DNA from: a virus | Length of the DNA: 64,000 nucleotides | Direction: 5' to 3' (one strand) | IMG/VR virus record: IMGVR_UViG_3300025101_000019 | Location: 1 to 64,000 of that record | Made by a program: the position numbers and the translations under genes | The notes under the pieces: generated by a model | Database searches by the model: none | What the model saw: the letters and a program-made list of their open reading frames with translations, nothing else | Told to the model about the DNA's origin: nothing | In this document: piece by piece, positions 9,001 to 17,419 of the stretch | Position numbering within the stretch: position 1 is the stretch's first letter | How the letters are laid out: each line of letters begins with the position of its first letter

Positions 9001-10270
9001 TTGATACGACTCTATTTCCATCAAATGAAACAAAAGATGCGGTAGCTACCGACATTGAAGAAGTCTGATTATTAGATATAGCTGACCCTGTAAAAGTATT
9101 CAATGCACTAATGTCGGTTGAACCACCACCGCTACTACTACCTGTATTTGCGTTATCAATATAGATAACTCCACCCATATTTGCATGAGCAGTACATTGA
9201 TAATATAAAACTCTTGGTGAATCAAATTGTACATTCCAAGTTAATGTTCCATTTGAAACATTATTGTTTGTTATACCATCATTATACTCAGAACCTGCAG
9301 AACCATTAGGAGTTGATTGAATCCTAAATGGGTGAGCTCCCATATTATTTATAAATTTATACTTTTGACCTCTTGTTAAATAAAGAGTTGGGTCATTTTC
9401 TGCACCTATTAGACCTGGACCAGTAAATGTGTAATGATTAGAACCATCTGCACCTAATGTCCATTGTGAAGTATAGTTACTTAGTTCGGATACTGAAGAG
9501 GAATCAACACTTGTTATTGAAGATGATATCAATCCACTTGGTAATTGTACCGAAGATGATATTAACCCACTTGGTAATGATACCGAACTTGTATTGATTG
9601 TAACTGTAACTGCGTTACCATCATTGGTTGCCGTAACTGCGTTACCTACAAAATCAAAACTACGAACTATTTTACTTAATGCAGTTCCTTCATCGGATGC
9701 AGTTATATTTAATCCGGCTCCACCGCCACCACCACCTGAAAGTGATGATAAGTCTACTGAATTTCCACCTGAAATACTTAATGAGTTGTTTCCATCATTA
9801 AATGTTAATGTTTGTTCTGAACCTGTACTATCTGTGGTTGAGAATCCTAATGCCGTTATTTGTGCAGATGATGATATCGTTCCATCAGGAAGTGTATCAC
9901 CACCACTACCAAATCCTGCAGCTGCAGCACTTGCAGATGTTAAATACCCTGCACCTTCAACATTTGTTAATCTTGTTGCTAAAGATGATGAGGTAGTACC
10001 AAATGCTCCTGATATTTCTGCTTTTGTGTAATTATTTCTTGCTTCTAATGATGTGATTCTTGTAGAAATAGAACCTGATGTAATTGGGAATACTTTTTGC
10101 CTAAAGTTATTTGCTGCAGTTATCGAATTCTTTTGAAATGCAGTTATTGTTTGAGGTCTATTCTGTATAGAATTATATGTTACTTGCGCAGATGATGATA
10201 TTACACCATTAGATGATGTTATATCCCCAAAGAATGAACCGCTAAATGAACCTGAATAGTCGAATGGCAT
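6077..10270 (-). CDS. Large virion surface protein with cadherin-like repeats and a cupredoxin-like domain
   Basis: 1397 aa. Cadherin motifs VGTVSATDAEG, LDYETTPKYELVLTASD and VGTITATDP. The segment AHPF...YYQCTAHANMG resembles a type-1 copper ligand set. Confidence 0.75.
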   Translation of the reverse strand: MPFDYSGSFSGSFFGDITSSNGVISSSAQVTYNSIQNRPQTITAFQKNSITAANNFRQKVFPITSGSISTRITSLEARNNYTKAEISGAFGTTSSSLATRLTNVEGAGYLTSASAAAAGFGSGGDTLPDGTISSSAQITALGFSTTDSTGSEQTLTFNDGNNSLSISGGNSVDLSSLSGGGGGGAGLNITASDEGTALSKIVRSFDFVGNAVTATNDGNAVTVTINTSSVSLPSGLISSSVQLPSGLISSSITSVDSSSVSELSNYTSQWTLGADGSNHYTFTGPGLIGAENDPTLYLTRGQKYKFINNMGAHPFRIQSTPNGSAGSEYNDGITNNNVSNGTLTWNVQFDSPRVLYYQCTAHANMGGVIYIDNANTGSSSGGGSTDISALNTFTGSAISNNQTSSMSVATASFVSFDGNRVVSNTDLPSGVYNNNFGTTTSLSDFVEKVFFPNTVPSISTTGFTIGEFVASGSSVGTVSATDAEGQSITFRTASSYTADKFRIASNGAITLNTKSTASLNTDNTPGSGSHPFLVEAVDTFAGVGSKTIYIRVTPNTPPKWRQTSVGGSVVTTFTQSLNENSVAASNKVRVYFTDDESDTITIGSGSVPSGFTITKASTYIQLNQTTSSLDYETTPKYELVLTASDEHYVSGDDTEAIAYLPFQIKVVDNISPTVNDQTLGSINENSSNGASVGTITATDPTSDTIVFSNFTLKEANLDGGSNITSSLGGNSLYDPHSNPFQCSSAGVVTRKNGVYLNSDVANRYFYQVTVKDAFNTTSDTGLIRINIADDAASSISDNWDNLYIIESATSGNEIKIGSNGRTGTSGLWSSGASQRWEIKSTGNLIGLSATTGSSTTLRLASNLSGSAYSSGSTIAVELTASEHGFETTKQYVNQNIAVVINNAPVPSFSNTSANLNTNGARSGSTITTISFTDTESDSLNHGSFTFTDPSGQLNAYKSGDTYLVQPKNNLSGSTYPMTASIKDTHGFRVGTTKHSVTIASAPNGTLTTNGTFRIIESAESGAHIKINADGRTGTQGDLGVTYSPQYNSAAVQAFTSSNAAIAVNSNGKLTIGVNISGSSTGSGDTITSTITYQDQFNNIGSDSISVSVVANQAPTATFNEVGANMTASVAASTNLTTITITDTESDTPFSASLGGTDAGNLKLVPQNANSSSYQLQSVGTISNGVTYNYSASVFDNFDKSTSYNRSITILNPVAKTYVYGWDGGSAASEAAAIASMGDSGGDGVGIEAGSVIAKLQSGSLGTTFSPTYVGGTMQLFGSSSKTTLSDSNATGLSSFGYINFSSGGSKRLVVVFPSASNQGGKPVSMYDGVPPDSTGTANEYYVYAKDASIPGTIGTGVYYFNTENAVEGYTRWGMIFAEGENTNNSRYYLMPDSASAP

Positions 10271-10303
10271 CTATTTTTTCTCCAATTAAAATACTTTTAC
10301 CTA

Positions 10304-10311
10304 TATAAATA
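10304..10311 (-). promoter_or_regulatory. Putative late promoter (TATTTATA)
   Basis: Motif copy upstream of 6077..10270. Confidence 0.6.
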
Positions 10312-10335
10312 GTTTATTATTTTCAATAACTGAAA

Positions 10336-10998
10336 TTAATCATATGAAAATAATAATTTTAAGACTTCATCCAAAGATTCGTGTCTATGGTTGTCTTTTA
10401 AGTTTACATTAAAAACAAATAACGATTCCTTCAGTTTATGAACTTCGTGTACCGCTGAGTCATTTGCAAATTTTAAATCTATTTGTTGAGGGTCACCACA
10501 TAACATCATTGTAGAGTGTTTACCCAAACGACCCAAGACCATAGCTAATTGTTGTTTAGTTAAGTTTTGAAACTCGTCTACTATAACTATTGAATTATCG
10601 AAAGTTCTGCCTCTAAAGTGTGATAAAGACACTAATTCGATATTTTCATCTTTTTCCATTTTTTCTAAGATTGTAGGTTTGTTATAAACCTTTCTCATAT
10701 TAGAACGAATTGGAACTAACCAGGGTTCCATTTTTTCATCTAATGAGCCAGGTAAGAATCCGTTGTCTTCATTTGATATGGTAGGTCTTGTTATAACTAT
10801 TTTATTAACTTCTCGTTTAAAAAAACTATCAAGTGCAATCTGAACTGCTAATAATGTTTTACCACTACCTGCTTTTCCTAATATAAAATTGAATGGGTGA
10901 TTTCTTATTTGTGCTTTTGCTTGTTTTTGCTCTTCTGATAAACTTATTGAAAATCTAACATTTCCCTTTGGAGCTTTCTTCGCGATATTCTCTGCCAT
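10336..10998 (-). CDS. phoH: PhoH-family ATPase
   Basis: GKAGSGKT, GFLPG, RGRTF, IVDEFQN and GDPQQID motifs. The ATG at 10998 follows a GAGG SD. Confidence 0.95.
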   Translation of the reverse strand: MAENIAKKAPKGNVRFSISLSEEQKQAKAQIRNHPFNFILGKAGSGKTLLAVQIALDSFFKREVNKIVITRPTISNEDNGFLPGSLDEKMEPWLVPIRSNMRKVYNKPTILEKMEKDENIELVSLSHFRGRTFDNSIVIVDEFQNLTKQQLAMVLGRLGKHSTMMLCGDPQQIDLKFANDSAVHEVHKLKESLFVFNVNLKDNHRHESLDEVLKLLFSYD

Positions 10999-11020
10999 AG
11001 ACAATCCTCTTTTGGTTTAT

Positions 11021-11028
11021 TATAAATA
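11021..11028 (-). promoter_or_regulatory. Putative late promoter (TATTTATA)
   Basis: Lies just downstream of the capsid terminator and upstream of phoH. Confidence 0.6.
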
Positions 11029-11039
11029 TCAGTAGGCAT

Positions 11040-11068
11040 AAAAAAAGGGTGACCGAAGCCACCCTTTT
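11040..11068 (-). terminator. Rho-independent terminator after the major capsid gene
   Basis: GGGUGGC-UUCG-GUCACCC hairpin followed by U7 on the coding strand. Confidence 0.9.
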
Positions 11069-11094
11069 AATAACATTAAGTTATAATCTTATGA

Positions 11095-12765
11095 TTATCC
11101 GCTTATTGCCTCTAAACCATGACAAAATACTTTACCATAGAACTCACCTCTTACCATTTGTTTAGCGTAACGAGTCATTACACCTTTTCTTGGTTGGAAG
11201 TTAGTTGGGTCATACACAAGAGGAGTCATAATTAATGGAATGTATGGAGCGTAAACTGCACCAGTTTCCAAGAATTGAGAACCTTTGAATCCTAATAGGA
11301 TTACATTCTCTTTCATGTATGGGTTTTTGTACACTTGGTATCTGTTAGCGAAAGAACCTACTTGGCTTACACCAAACGCAAATTGCATTTCGTTACCTGT
11401 ACCATTTGACTGATAACCTGGAATAGACTCGATGATAGTAGCAACATCAGGAGATACTACCATAAAGTTTGCTCCACCTCTCATTGTCTTAGCGTGGATT
11501 TGGTTAGAAACTCTCTGTAACTGAGTACCTAAAGTCTGGAACCATTGTTGTTGAGTATATCTCTCAACTGCTGCGTTAAGACCACTTGAAGTGAATTTAG
11601 TACCATCCCAAGAAAATCCGATTCTAGCAGACCACTTAGCTTCAGTTAAAGCGTTTTCTAATAACATATCTAAGATTTCTAAGTCAATCTCTTGTGAGAT
11701 GTACTCAGATAACATAGAAGTTAATTCTGCTTCAGCGTCAATTGAGTGATAAGCGTTTAAATCTTGTGCGAACTCAGGCGTCCATTGTGCTTTCAACTTT
11801 CTTGTCTTAGCTACGATTGGAACACTTCTAAGTTCAACATTCAATTCTGGAATACCTAAGTCTGAACCACCTGAAGTTGTGTCTTCAAAGTCACCTCTTG
11901 TAATGTCAGTTGGTTGCTTTTGGTATTTTACTTTAACACCAGCGATTGCGTTAGTAGCACCTACTAATTTAACCATGAATGATACTGAGTTAGACCCAGA
12001 AACATTTGCTTTAGTGTATGCAGGATAGTAAGCTGCGATGTTAGAACCACTAATTTCGAATGCTCTTACGCCTTCTAAATCAGCTCCAACTAATGCACTT
12101 GCGTCACCAGTAGTTACTGTTACTCTTCTTAACAATGCTCTATCAGCTGCTGATAAAGATTGTGAGAAACTTGAATCATAATCGATTGCTGGGTCTAAAG
12201 CGACACCATTTGCGAATGATTCAGATGTAAATGTAGTAGCTGCTGCGGCTGCTCCGGCTGCTGCTTGAGATAATGCTGCAGATTCAGTCTCGTTGATTGA
12301 ATATGCAAATCTTCCTGCTCCGTAAAGACCTTCACTTGCTTCGTTTGCAGTTTCAGTTACACCGAATACTGAGTCAGTTTGTGAATCTTTACCTGCACCA
12401 GTTTCAAATCCTGGTTGTGCAGTACCATACTTAAAGTCTAAGTAAAATACCAGACCTGATGGTAAGTTCATTGGTTGTACGCTAACGAATTCTTTTGCAG
12501 CGATTTCGCTGAAAATTCTTCTAACCAATGGAAGTGCTACACCTGCCCACTCTTCAGAGTTTGCGGATGTACCTGTTGAAGAAGCTTCTTTTACTAATTC
12601 TCTTGCTTGGTTTTCAAGTAGAGTAGCAATAGTACTTCTTTCAAAATCAGACTCGATACCTTCTAAAAGGCCAGTCTTGTCCCACTTAGTTACTAATCCT
12701 TTTGCCTCATCAGACATTTTCTTAGTATACCCAGCGGATTCGTTTAATAATGAATTTGTATCCAT
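11095..12765 (-). CDS. gp23: Major capsid protein (T4 gp23-like)
   Basis: VQPMNLPSGLVFYL, KTRKLKAQWTPEFAQDLNAYH, YAPYIPL and FQPRKGVMTRYA motifs. Confidence 0.97.
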   Translation of the reverse strand: MDTNSLLNESAGYTKKMSDEAKGLVTKWDKTGLLEGIESDFERSTIATLLENQARELVKEASSTGTSANSEEWAGVALPLVRRIFSEIAAKEFVSVQPMNLPSGLVFYLDFKYGTAQPGFETGAGKDSQTDSVFGVTETANEASEGLYGAGRFAYSINETESAALSQAAAGAAAAATTFTSESFANGVALDPAIDYDSSFSQSLSAADRALLRRVTVTTGDASALVGADLEGVRAFEISGSNIAAYYPAYTKANVSGSNSVSFMVKLVGATNAIAGVKVKYQKQPTDITRGDFEDTTSGGSDLGIPELNVELRSVPIVAKTRKLKAQWTPEFAQDLNAYHSIDAEAELTSMLSEYISQEIDLEILDMLLENALTEAKWSARIGFSWDGTKFTSSGLNAAVERYTQQQWFQTLGTQLQRVSNQIHAKTMRGGANFMVVSPDVATIIESIPGYQSNGTGNEMQFAFGVSQVGSFANRYQVYKNPYMKENVILLGFKGSQFLETGAVYAPYIPLIMTPLVYDPTNFQPRKGVMTRYAKQMVRGEFYGKVFCHGLEAISG

Positions 12766-12786
12766 TTTGATTTCTCCGTTTTTAAA

Positions 12787-13956
12787 TTATTTTATTAGTC
12801 CTGCTAACTTCTTAAATCTGTTAGCAACTTCGTTACCTTCAGAGATTATTGATTTGTTAGGTGCAGTACTTGCAGTTGGTTTAGAAGCGATTCCTTCTTT
12901 AACAACAGTTTTCTTTTTTCTTGCAACATTTAAGTTTTCACCTAATGTAGCAAAAACAAGCTTAACTTCTCTTAAGTTTGCAGCTCTATCAAAGTTCTCG
13001 ATAACTTTAACTTTTTGTGACTCATTCAAATCAAAAGTTCTGAATAATTTGTTGGTGTAAAGTAGTTTAGCGTTTAAAAGATTAACTTCGTTGATAGTTC
13101 CTTTTAAAGATTCGATAGTAGCGTATGCTTCTTCCAACTCTTTATTTTCTTCTTCAACTTCTTCAGTCTCTTCAACTTCTTCTTCTTCGTTTACAACAGA
13201 TTCTTCAACTTCGTCTTCGTTTTCATCTACTTCTTCTTCGTCCATTTCATTTGACATTTCTTTTAATGTCTCAATGATTTCGTCAATATTTAACTCGTCA
13301 TCGTTTTCCACTTCAGATGAATCACTAGCGTCATCAGATGGTTCAGCGTTATCGCCAGCACCTAAATCAGATGAGTCAAGTTCTTCTTTTACTTCTTCTT
13401 CCTCTTCAACTTCTTCTTCGTTGATAGAAGCTTCTAATTCTTTAATTACAGATTCTAAATCAAGTTCGTCTTCGTCCATTTCTGTTTCATCCATTTCTGT
13501 TTCGTCCATGTCCTTCATTTCGTCTGCAGGCGCTTCTTCTTCTGCTTCTTCAGCAGCTTCTTCTTCGTCATGCATTTCGTCTTCATGTCCATCAACAACA
13601 TCAGATGCGATGTCTTCGACTTCTTCTTTATCTTCTGTATCTAATTCCTCGTCAGCTACTTCCTCTTCAGATACTTCATCATCAGTCTCGTCCATATCTT
13701 TCATTTCGTCAGCTACTTCTTCACCTTCATAGGTTTCGTCAGCAACTTCCTCATCAGATTTCATTGCCATTTCGTCAGCAACTTCATCTTCTTCGATATC
13801 GTCTTCGTCTAATTCTTCAGCAATCTTGTGAGATAACATTGATTGAAGTTTTGGAGTGAAGGCTTCTTCTAAGGCCATCTTTGCGTTTGCTAATGCAGTT
13901 TCTTTTACTGCCTTTGCGTCAGCGATAGCTTCTTTTAATAAATCAGATTTAGCCAT
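12787..13956 (-). CDS. Prohead core scaffold protein (gp22-like)
   Basis: Extremely acidic coiled protein directly upstream of the capsid gene, with an AAGGAG SD. Confidence 0.8.
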   Translation of the reverse strand: MAKSDLLKEAIADAKAVKETALANAKMALEEAFTPKLQSMLSHKIAEELDEDDIEEDEVADEMAMKSDEEVADETYEGEEVADEMKDMDETDDEVSEEEVADEELDTEDKEEVEDIASDVVDGHEDEMHDEEEAAEEAEEEAPADEMKDMDETEMDETEMDEDELDLESVIKELEASINEEEVEEEEEVKEELDSSDLGAGDNAEPSDDASDSSEVENDDELNIDEIIETLKEMSNEMDEEEVDENEDEVEESVVNEEEEVEETEEVEEENKELEEAYATIESLKGTINEVNLLNAKLLYTNKLFRTFDLNESQKVKVIENFDRAANLREVKLVFATLGENLNVARKKKTVVKEGIASKPTASTAPNKSIISEGNEVANRFKKLAGLIK

Positions 13957-14034
13957 TTCTGTCTCTCCTTAATTAAATTTTGGATAATAAGATTATTTGG
14001 AATCTTAATAGTGATTACTATTATAAAAATAAGT

Positions 14035-14076
14035 GACCACTCATTGGGGAGTGGTATTGTGTTCGGTTTATAAATA
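14035..14076 (-). promoter_or_regulatory. Late promoter motif (14069-14076) followed by a 5' leader hairpin
   Basis: TATTTATA is followed by ACCACUC-CCCAAU-GAGUGGU. A second hairpin, UAAGAUU/AAUCUUA, lies at about 13988-14007. Confidence 0.55.
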
Positions 14077-14116
14077 TAGGTCTAAAACCAAAAACAGTAA
14101 GTGTTTACTATTTTAT

Positions 14117-14365
14117 TTAATCGTTTGACCTAATTCTTCTTATATATTCTTTTCTGATAGCATCCATCTTTTGTTTTCTTTTAACTGCGGATGGTTTTAT
14201 AAACTCTTTTCTATCCTTAAGTTCTTGTAAGACATTTGATTCTTTAACTTGTCGTTTCCAAAACTTAAGTGCGGCTTCAATATTTCCGTTGATTACTTTT
14301 GCGGCTTTGAATTTACCAGGGATAATCATTTGTTCCCTTCTTACTTTTTTGTATCTTTTTTGCAT
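14117..14365 (-). CDS. rpsU: Phage-encoded ribosomal protein bS21
   Basis: NIEAALKFWKRQVKESNVLQELKDRKEFIKPSAVKRKQK matches the bS21 pattern. ATG at 14365 is preferred over GTG at 14383, which lies in a hairpin. Confidence 0.88.
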   Translation of the reverse strand: MQKRYKKVRREQMIIPGKFKAAKVINGNIEAALKFWKRQVKESNVLQELKDRKEFIKPSAVKRKQKMDAIRKEYIRRIRSND

Positions 14366-14380
14366 ATATAAAAAATTAAA

Positions 14381-14412
14381 CACCGGCCATTAGTGACCGA
14401 TGTTAATAAATA
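14381..14412 (-). promoter_or_regulatory. Late promoter motif (14405-14412) followed by a hairpin and U-rich tract before rpsU
   Basis: TATTTATT, then CAUCGGUCA-CUAA-UGGCCGGUG, then UUUAAUUUUUU. Confidence 0.55.
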
Positions 14413-14437
14413 TAGAAATTATTTTAGTAAATATAAA

Positions 14438-15061
14438 TTATTTGAAATCTTTATCAGATGCTAACTTAGCACTATCTTTTTTGTAGAAGTCAATTAATGT
14501 TTTTAATCGTCTAGCATCAATAGTTACTGATTCATTATTTTCTTTATCTTTTATAAGAAGCGTTGGTCGGTATTCAAATTGACTAACTGCAGATTTTATT
14601 TTAGCACTTCTAAAATATTTAATTACTTCTACAATTCTTTCCTTTGTGAATGGAACACCTTCAAGATAAAATAAACCAACTTGAGGACTGTAATGTGATG
14701 AGTAATCTTCTACTACTACTGATTCTAATAGTTTATTTTTGAATTTCTTTGATAATGTAACTACTGCCTTTACAACATCCTTAATATTTTTTGCATCTAC
14801 TTGAGCGTATTGCTTTGAACCATCTTCAATACTAACATTGTATGGTTTGTCTTCATCTTCGTAATATCCAACGAATAATTGTGTTTCGCCACCATTACCT
14901 GCGTAGAATGTACTTGTGCCTGTATGGTATTCAACATCGTCTCCGTTAACTTGGACATCATTACCAATAGCTTTACTCATTGCCTTTGCGATGATTTTTT
15001 TCTCACCATCTTTTAATGCTGGGTCAGCTTTTTCACTTAATAAGTTTTTTAGTTTTATCAT
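14438..15061 (-). CDS. Putative internal head (cargo) protein
   Basis: N-terminus MIKLKNLLSE and an internal LLE-SVVVE linker. Confidence 0.6.
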   Translation of the reverse strand: MIKLKNLLSEKADPALKDGEKKIIAKAMSKAIGNDVQVNGDDVEYHTGTSTFYAGNGGETQLFVGYYEDEDKPYNVSIEDGSKQYAQVDAKNIKDVVKAVVTLSKKFKNKLLESVVVEDYSSHYSPQVGLFYLEGVPFTKERIVEVIKYFRSAKIKSAVSQFEYRPTLLIKDKENNESVTIDARRLKTLIDFYKKDSAKLASDKDFK

Positions 15062-15069
15062 AATGTTCC

Positions 15070-15501
15070 TTAACTCGCGTACTTCATTAATTCTTTAACT
15101 TTCTTTTCCATAGCAGGTACTTTGAGTCCATATGTATTGGCCATCAACTCTTTCATGTATCCTGAGTTCATAAAGTTTTGTAATTCTTTTTTAGTTGCAA
15201 CTGATGATTTGAAATCATTTTTTGCAATCTTATCTAATTCTTGTGCAGTTACTTTACCTTTCATATATGCGTTCATCGCATCTTGTTTGGTATTGTAGTT
15301 AGCTTCGTTTATACCCATATGAAGTCTACGATTCATTCCAACACCTTCAGATAAGTCATCCACTTTATTTTTAAAGTCAACAAACAACTTTGCAAATTGT
15401 TGTCTTGTCTTAGGGTCTAACTTTTTAATATTCTTAAGTGCTTTCTTGTACATAAAAGAAAGGTCTACTGAAATATCTTGTAAGATTTCTGTCTTATCCA
15501 T
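15070..15501 (-). CDS. Putative internal head protein
   Basis: Two small modules joined by an LSE...GINE linker. Confidence 0.55.
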   Translation of the reverse strand: MDKTEILQDISVDLSFMYKKALKNIKKLDPKTRQQFAKLFVDFKNKVDDLSEGVGMNRRLHMGINEANYNTKQDAMNAYMKGKVTAQELDKIAKNDFKSSVATKKELQNFMNSGYMKELMANTYGLKVPAMEKKVKELMKYAS

Positions 15502-15803
15502 TAGTCACCTCTCATTGCTTTTGCTAATGTTTTCAAGTGTTTCAATTCTTCTTTAGCACCTTTGTGTTTAGCATATCTATCTAAACCAAAAGACATCATA
15601 ATACCTATTGATAAATGTAATCTACCTTTTTTAGCATTTGGATATTTTCTACCATAAGGTGAAGAGTTAAACCAATCAATCATAGCTTGTGCCATTTCTT
15701 TTGATACTTTGATTCCTTCTACTCTATCAGTATTACCTTTTACAACTTGCTTTAATCCACCGATTGCTGAGATTTCCGTTAGTATGTCTTTTAATTTAAT
15801 CAT
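15501..15803 (-). CDS. Putative internal head (cargo) protein
   Basis: N-terminus MIKLKDILTE followed by a basic body. Confidence 0.6.
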   Translation of the reverse strand: MIKLKDILTEISAIGGLKQVVKGNTDRVEGIKVSKEMAQAMIDWFNSSPYGRKYPNAKKGRLHLSIGIMMSFGLDRYAKHKGAKEELKHLKTLAKAMRGD

Positions 15804-16624
15804 TACTTTACCTTACCACTTCTTTCTAATTCTTGTGCTGCACCAATTACATAACGCAATGCAGTTGCAAGGTCTCTGTTCATATATTTAGCAATCTTTC
15901 TAACTGCCATCATTACGATTCTTTTTTCTTCAGTAGAGAATGATTCAACGATTGCTTTATTTTTTGGGTTAACTGAATCCATCATTTCTTTAGCAGATAC
16001 TTTCATCTTCTTTAATTTAGATGATGGTAATTCGCCCAATCCAAATGACTCGTTTAATAAACTTGTTAGTTTCATTGACTTAGATTCATTAGTAAATTCT
16101 TTTGCATTTTCTTTATCATCTTTGTCAACTGATTTTACAGGATATTTTTTTCCATCTACTTCGAACTCATCTTTGCCTTTAGCGATTGCTTTAGCTCTTT
16201 CAGCACCGAATTCATTTCCTTCTTTAATTTCATAATATTTCGAAAGTACTTCACCGATTTCATCATAAGTAGACTCCATTCTTTGTTGTAGTGTGTGAAC
16301 TTCACTTAATGTTTTTTGAAAAACTTTAAATGACTCGTTCATTGATTTCATATGTCTGTTAACAGTAACTCTATCAAACCAATCACCCGTTTCTTCGAGT
16401 GTTACTTTGTTTGCATTCTCAACAATGTTCTTAATTGCACCATATGTTTCCATAAGGTCACCATTACGATAAATTGTTTCACCAAACTTTTTATATGCAG
16501 ATACTGCTTCAAGAAATGCTCTCTTTTCTTCAGAAGTCATTTTCTTTTCTTCTTGTTCTTCTTCACCAATGTTTAATCTTTGGTAAGACTTTGATGATTC
16601 GTTAAGTAAATCTTTTAATTTCAT
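15803..16624 (-). CDS. Putative prohead core/internal protein, modular
   Basis: N-terminus MKLKDLLNE with a second internal copy, MKLTSLLNE. Confidence 0.6.
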   Translation of the reverse strand: MKLKDLLNESSKSYQRLNIGEEEQEEKKMTSEEKRAFLEAVSAYKKFGETIYRNGDLMETYGAIKNIVENANKVTLEETGDWFDRVTVNRHMKSMNESFKVFQKTLSEVHTLQQRMESTYDEIGEVLSKYYEIKEGNEFGAERAKAIAKGKDEFEVDGKKYPVKSVDKDDKENAKEFTNESKSMKLTSLLNESFGLGELPSSKLKKMKVSAKEMMDSVNPKNKAIVESFSTEEKRIVMMAVRKIAKYMNRDLATALRYVIGAAQELERSGKVK

Positions 16625-16638
16625 AATATATCCCTAAT

Positions 16639-17271
16639 CTAAAAACATTCACAATAGCCACCAACTTCACAGATGATGTCTCTCATAATGTCTTGTGCTT
16701 TATTATACTTATAAGTATCTTGTTTTCTACTAATACCTTCATTTATAACACCTTCATTCTTTGGCGACATAAATGCCCCATGAGTTGATGGGTTAGATAC
16801 AAAGTCCCAACAAATTAATTCAAAGTCTTGTTCTACTGCAACAGTCCCATCTTCACTTATCTGTTTTACAGAACCCATACCTCTTGAAGAGATACCAACA
16901 GTACAACCTGCTTTTATAATTTCTTGTAATATTTTTCCTGATGGTGTATTTAGAATTTCTACTGTTCCGATTACATCATCACCTCTCCACTTTACATTTC
17001 TTACAATGTGTGAAGTGTTTTTTAATTCAACTACTGATGATTCTGGATGGTCTAATTCACCATACGCTCTATTCTCTGCGATTTCTTTTCCTAAGTACTT
17101 AGTAACTTCTCTTCTTAATATATCTTTTGGATATACTCGTCCATTTTGGTTTTTAGCGTTTGCTCTTTGTAAAACACCATCTACCAGAAATCTACCATGT
17201 TCAGATTTAGCCTCTGCCAACATAGTAGGAGTTACTTCAAATATCATTGTATCAATTAAAAGTGATTTCAT
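16639..17271 (-). CDS. gp21: Prohead core protease (T4 gp21-like)
   Basis: NQNGRVYP, GELDHP, GISSRGMGS and WDFVSNPS motifs. Confidence 0.95.
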   Translation of the reverse strand: MKSLLIDTMIFEVTPTMLAEAKSEHGRFLVDGVLQRANAKNQNGRVYPKDILRREVTKYLGKEIAENRAYGELDHPESSVVELKNTSHIVRNVKWRGDDVIGTVEILNTPSGKILQEIIKAGCTVGISSRGMGSVKQISEDGTVAVEQDFELICWDFVSNPSTHGAFMSPKNEGVINEGISRKQDTYKYNKAQDIMRDIICEVGGYCECF

Positions 17272-17418
17272 CTAGCCTTCCCATTGTTTTTTCTTACGAT
17301 ATAAATCAAAGAATACTCTGGCTAATTCATGACGAATTAACTTTCGTATTTGTTGGATATCTGTGATTTCCAACTCCTCTTTCAAGGTCACCTTTGTATT
17401 TTCACACCCACAAGACAT
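17272..17418 (-). CDS. Small hypothetical protein (48 aa), not in the ORF track
   Basis: MSCGCENTKVTLKEELEITDIQQIRKLIRHELARVFFDLYRKKKQWEG* fills the gap between its neighbours exactly. Confidence 0.7.
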   Translation of the reverse strand: MSCGCENTKVTLKEELEITDIQQIRKLIRHELARVFFDLYRKKKQWEG

Positions 17419-17419
17419 A

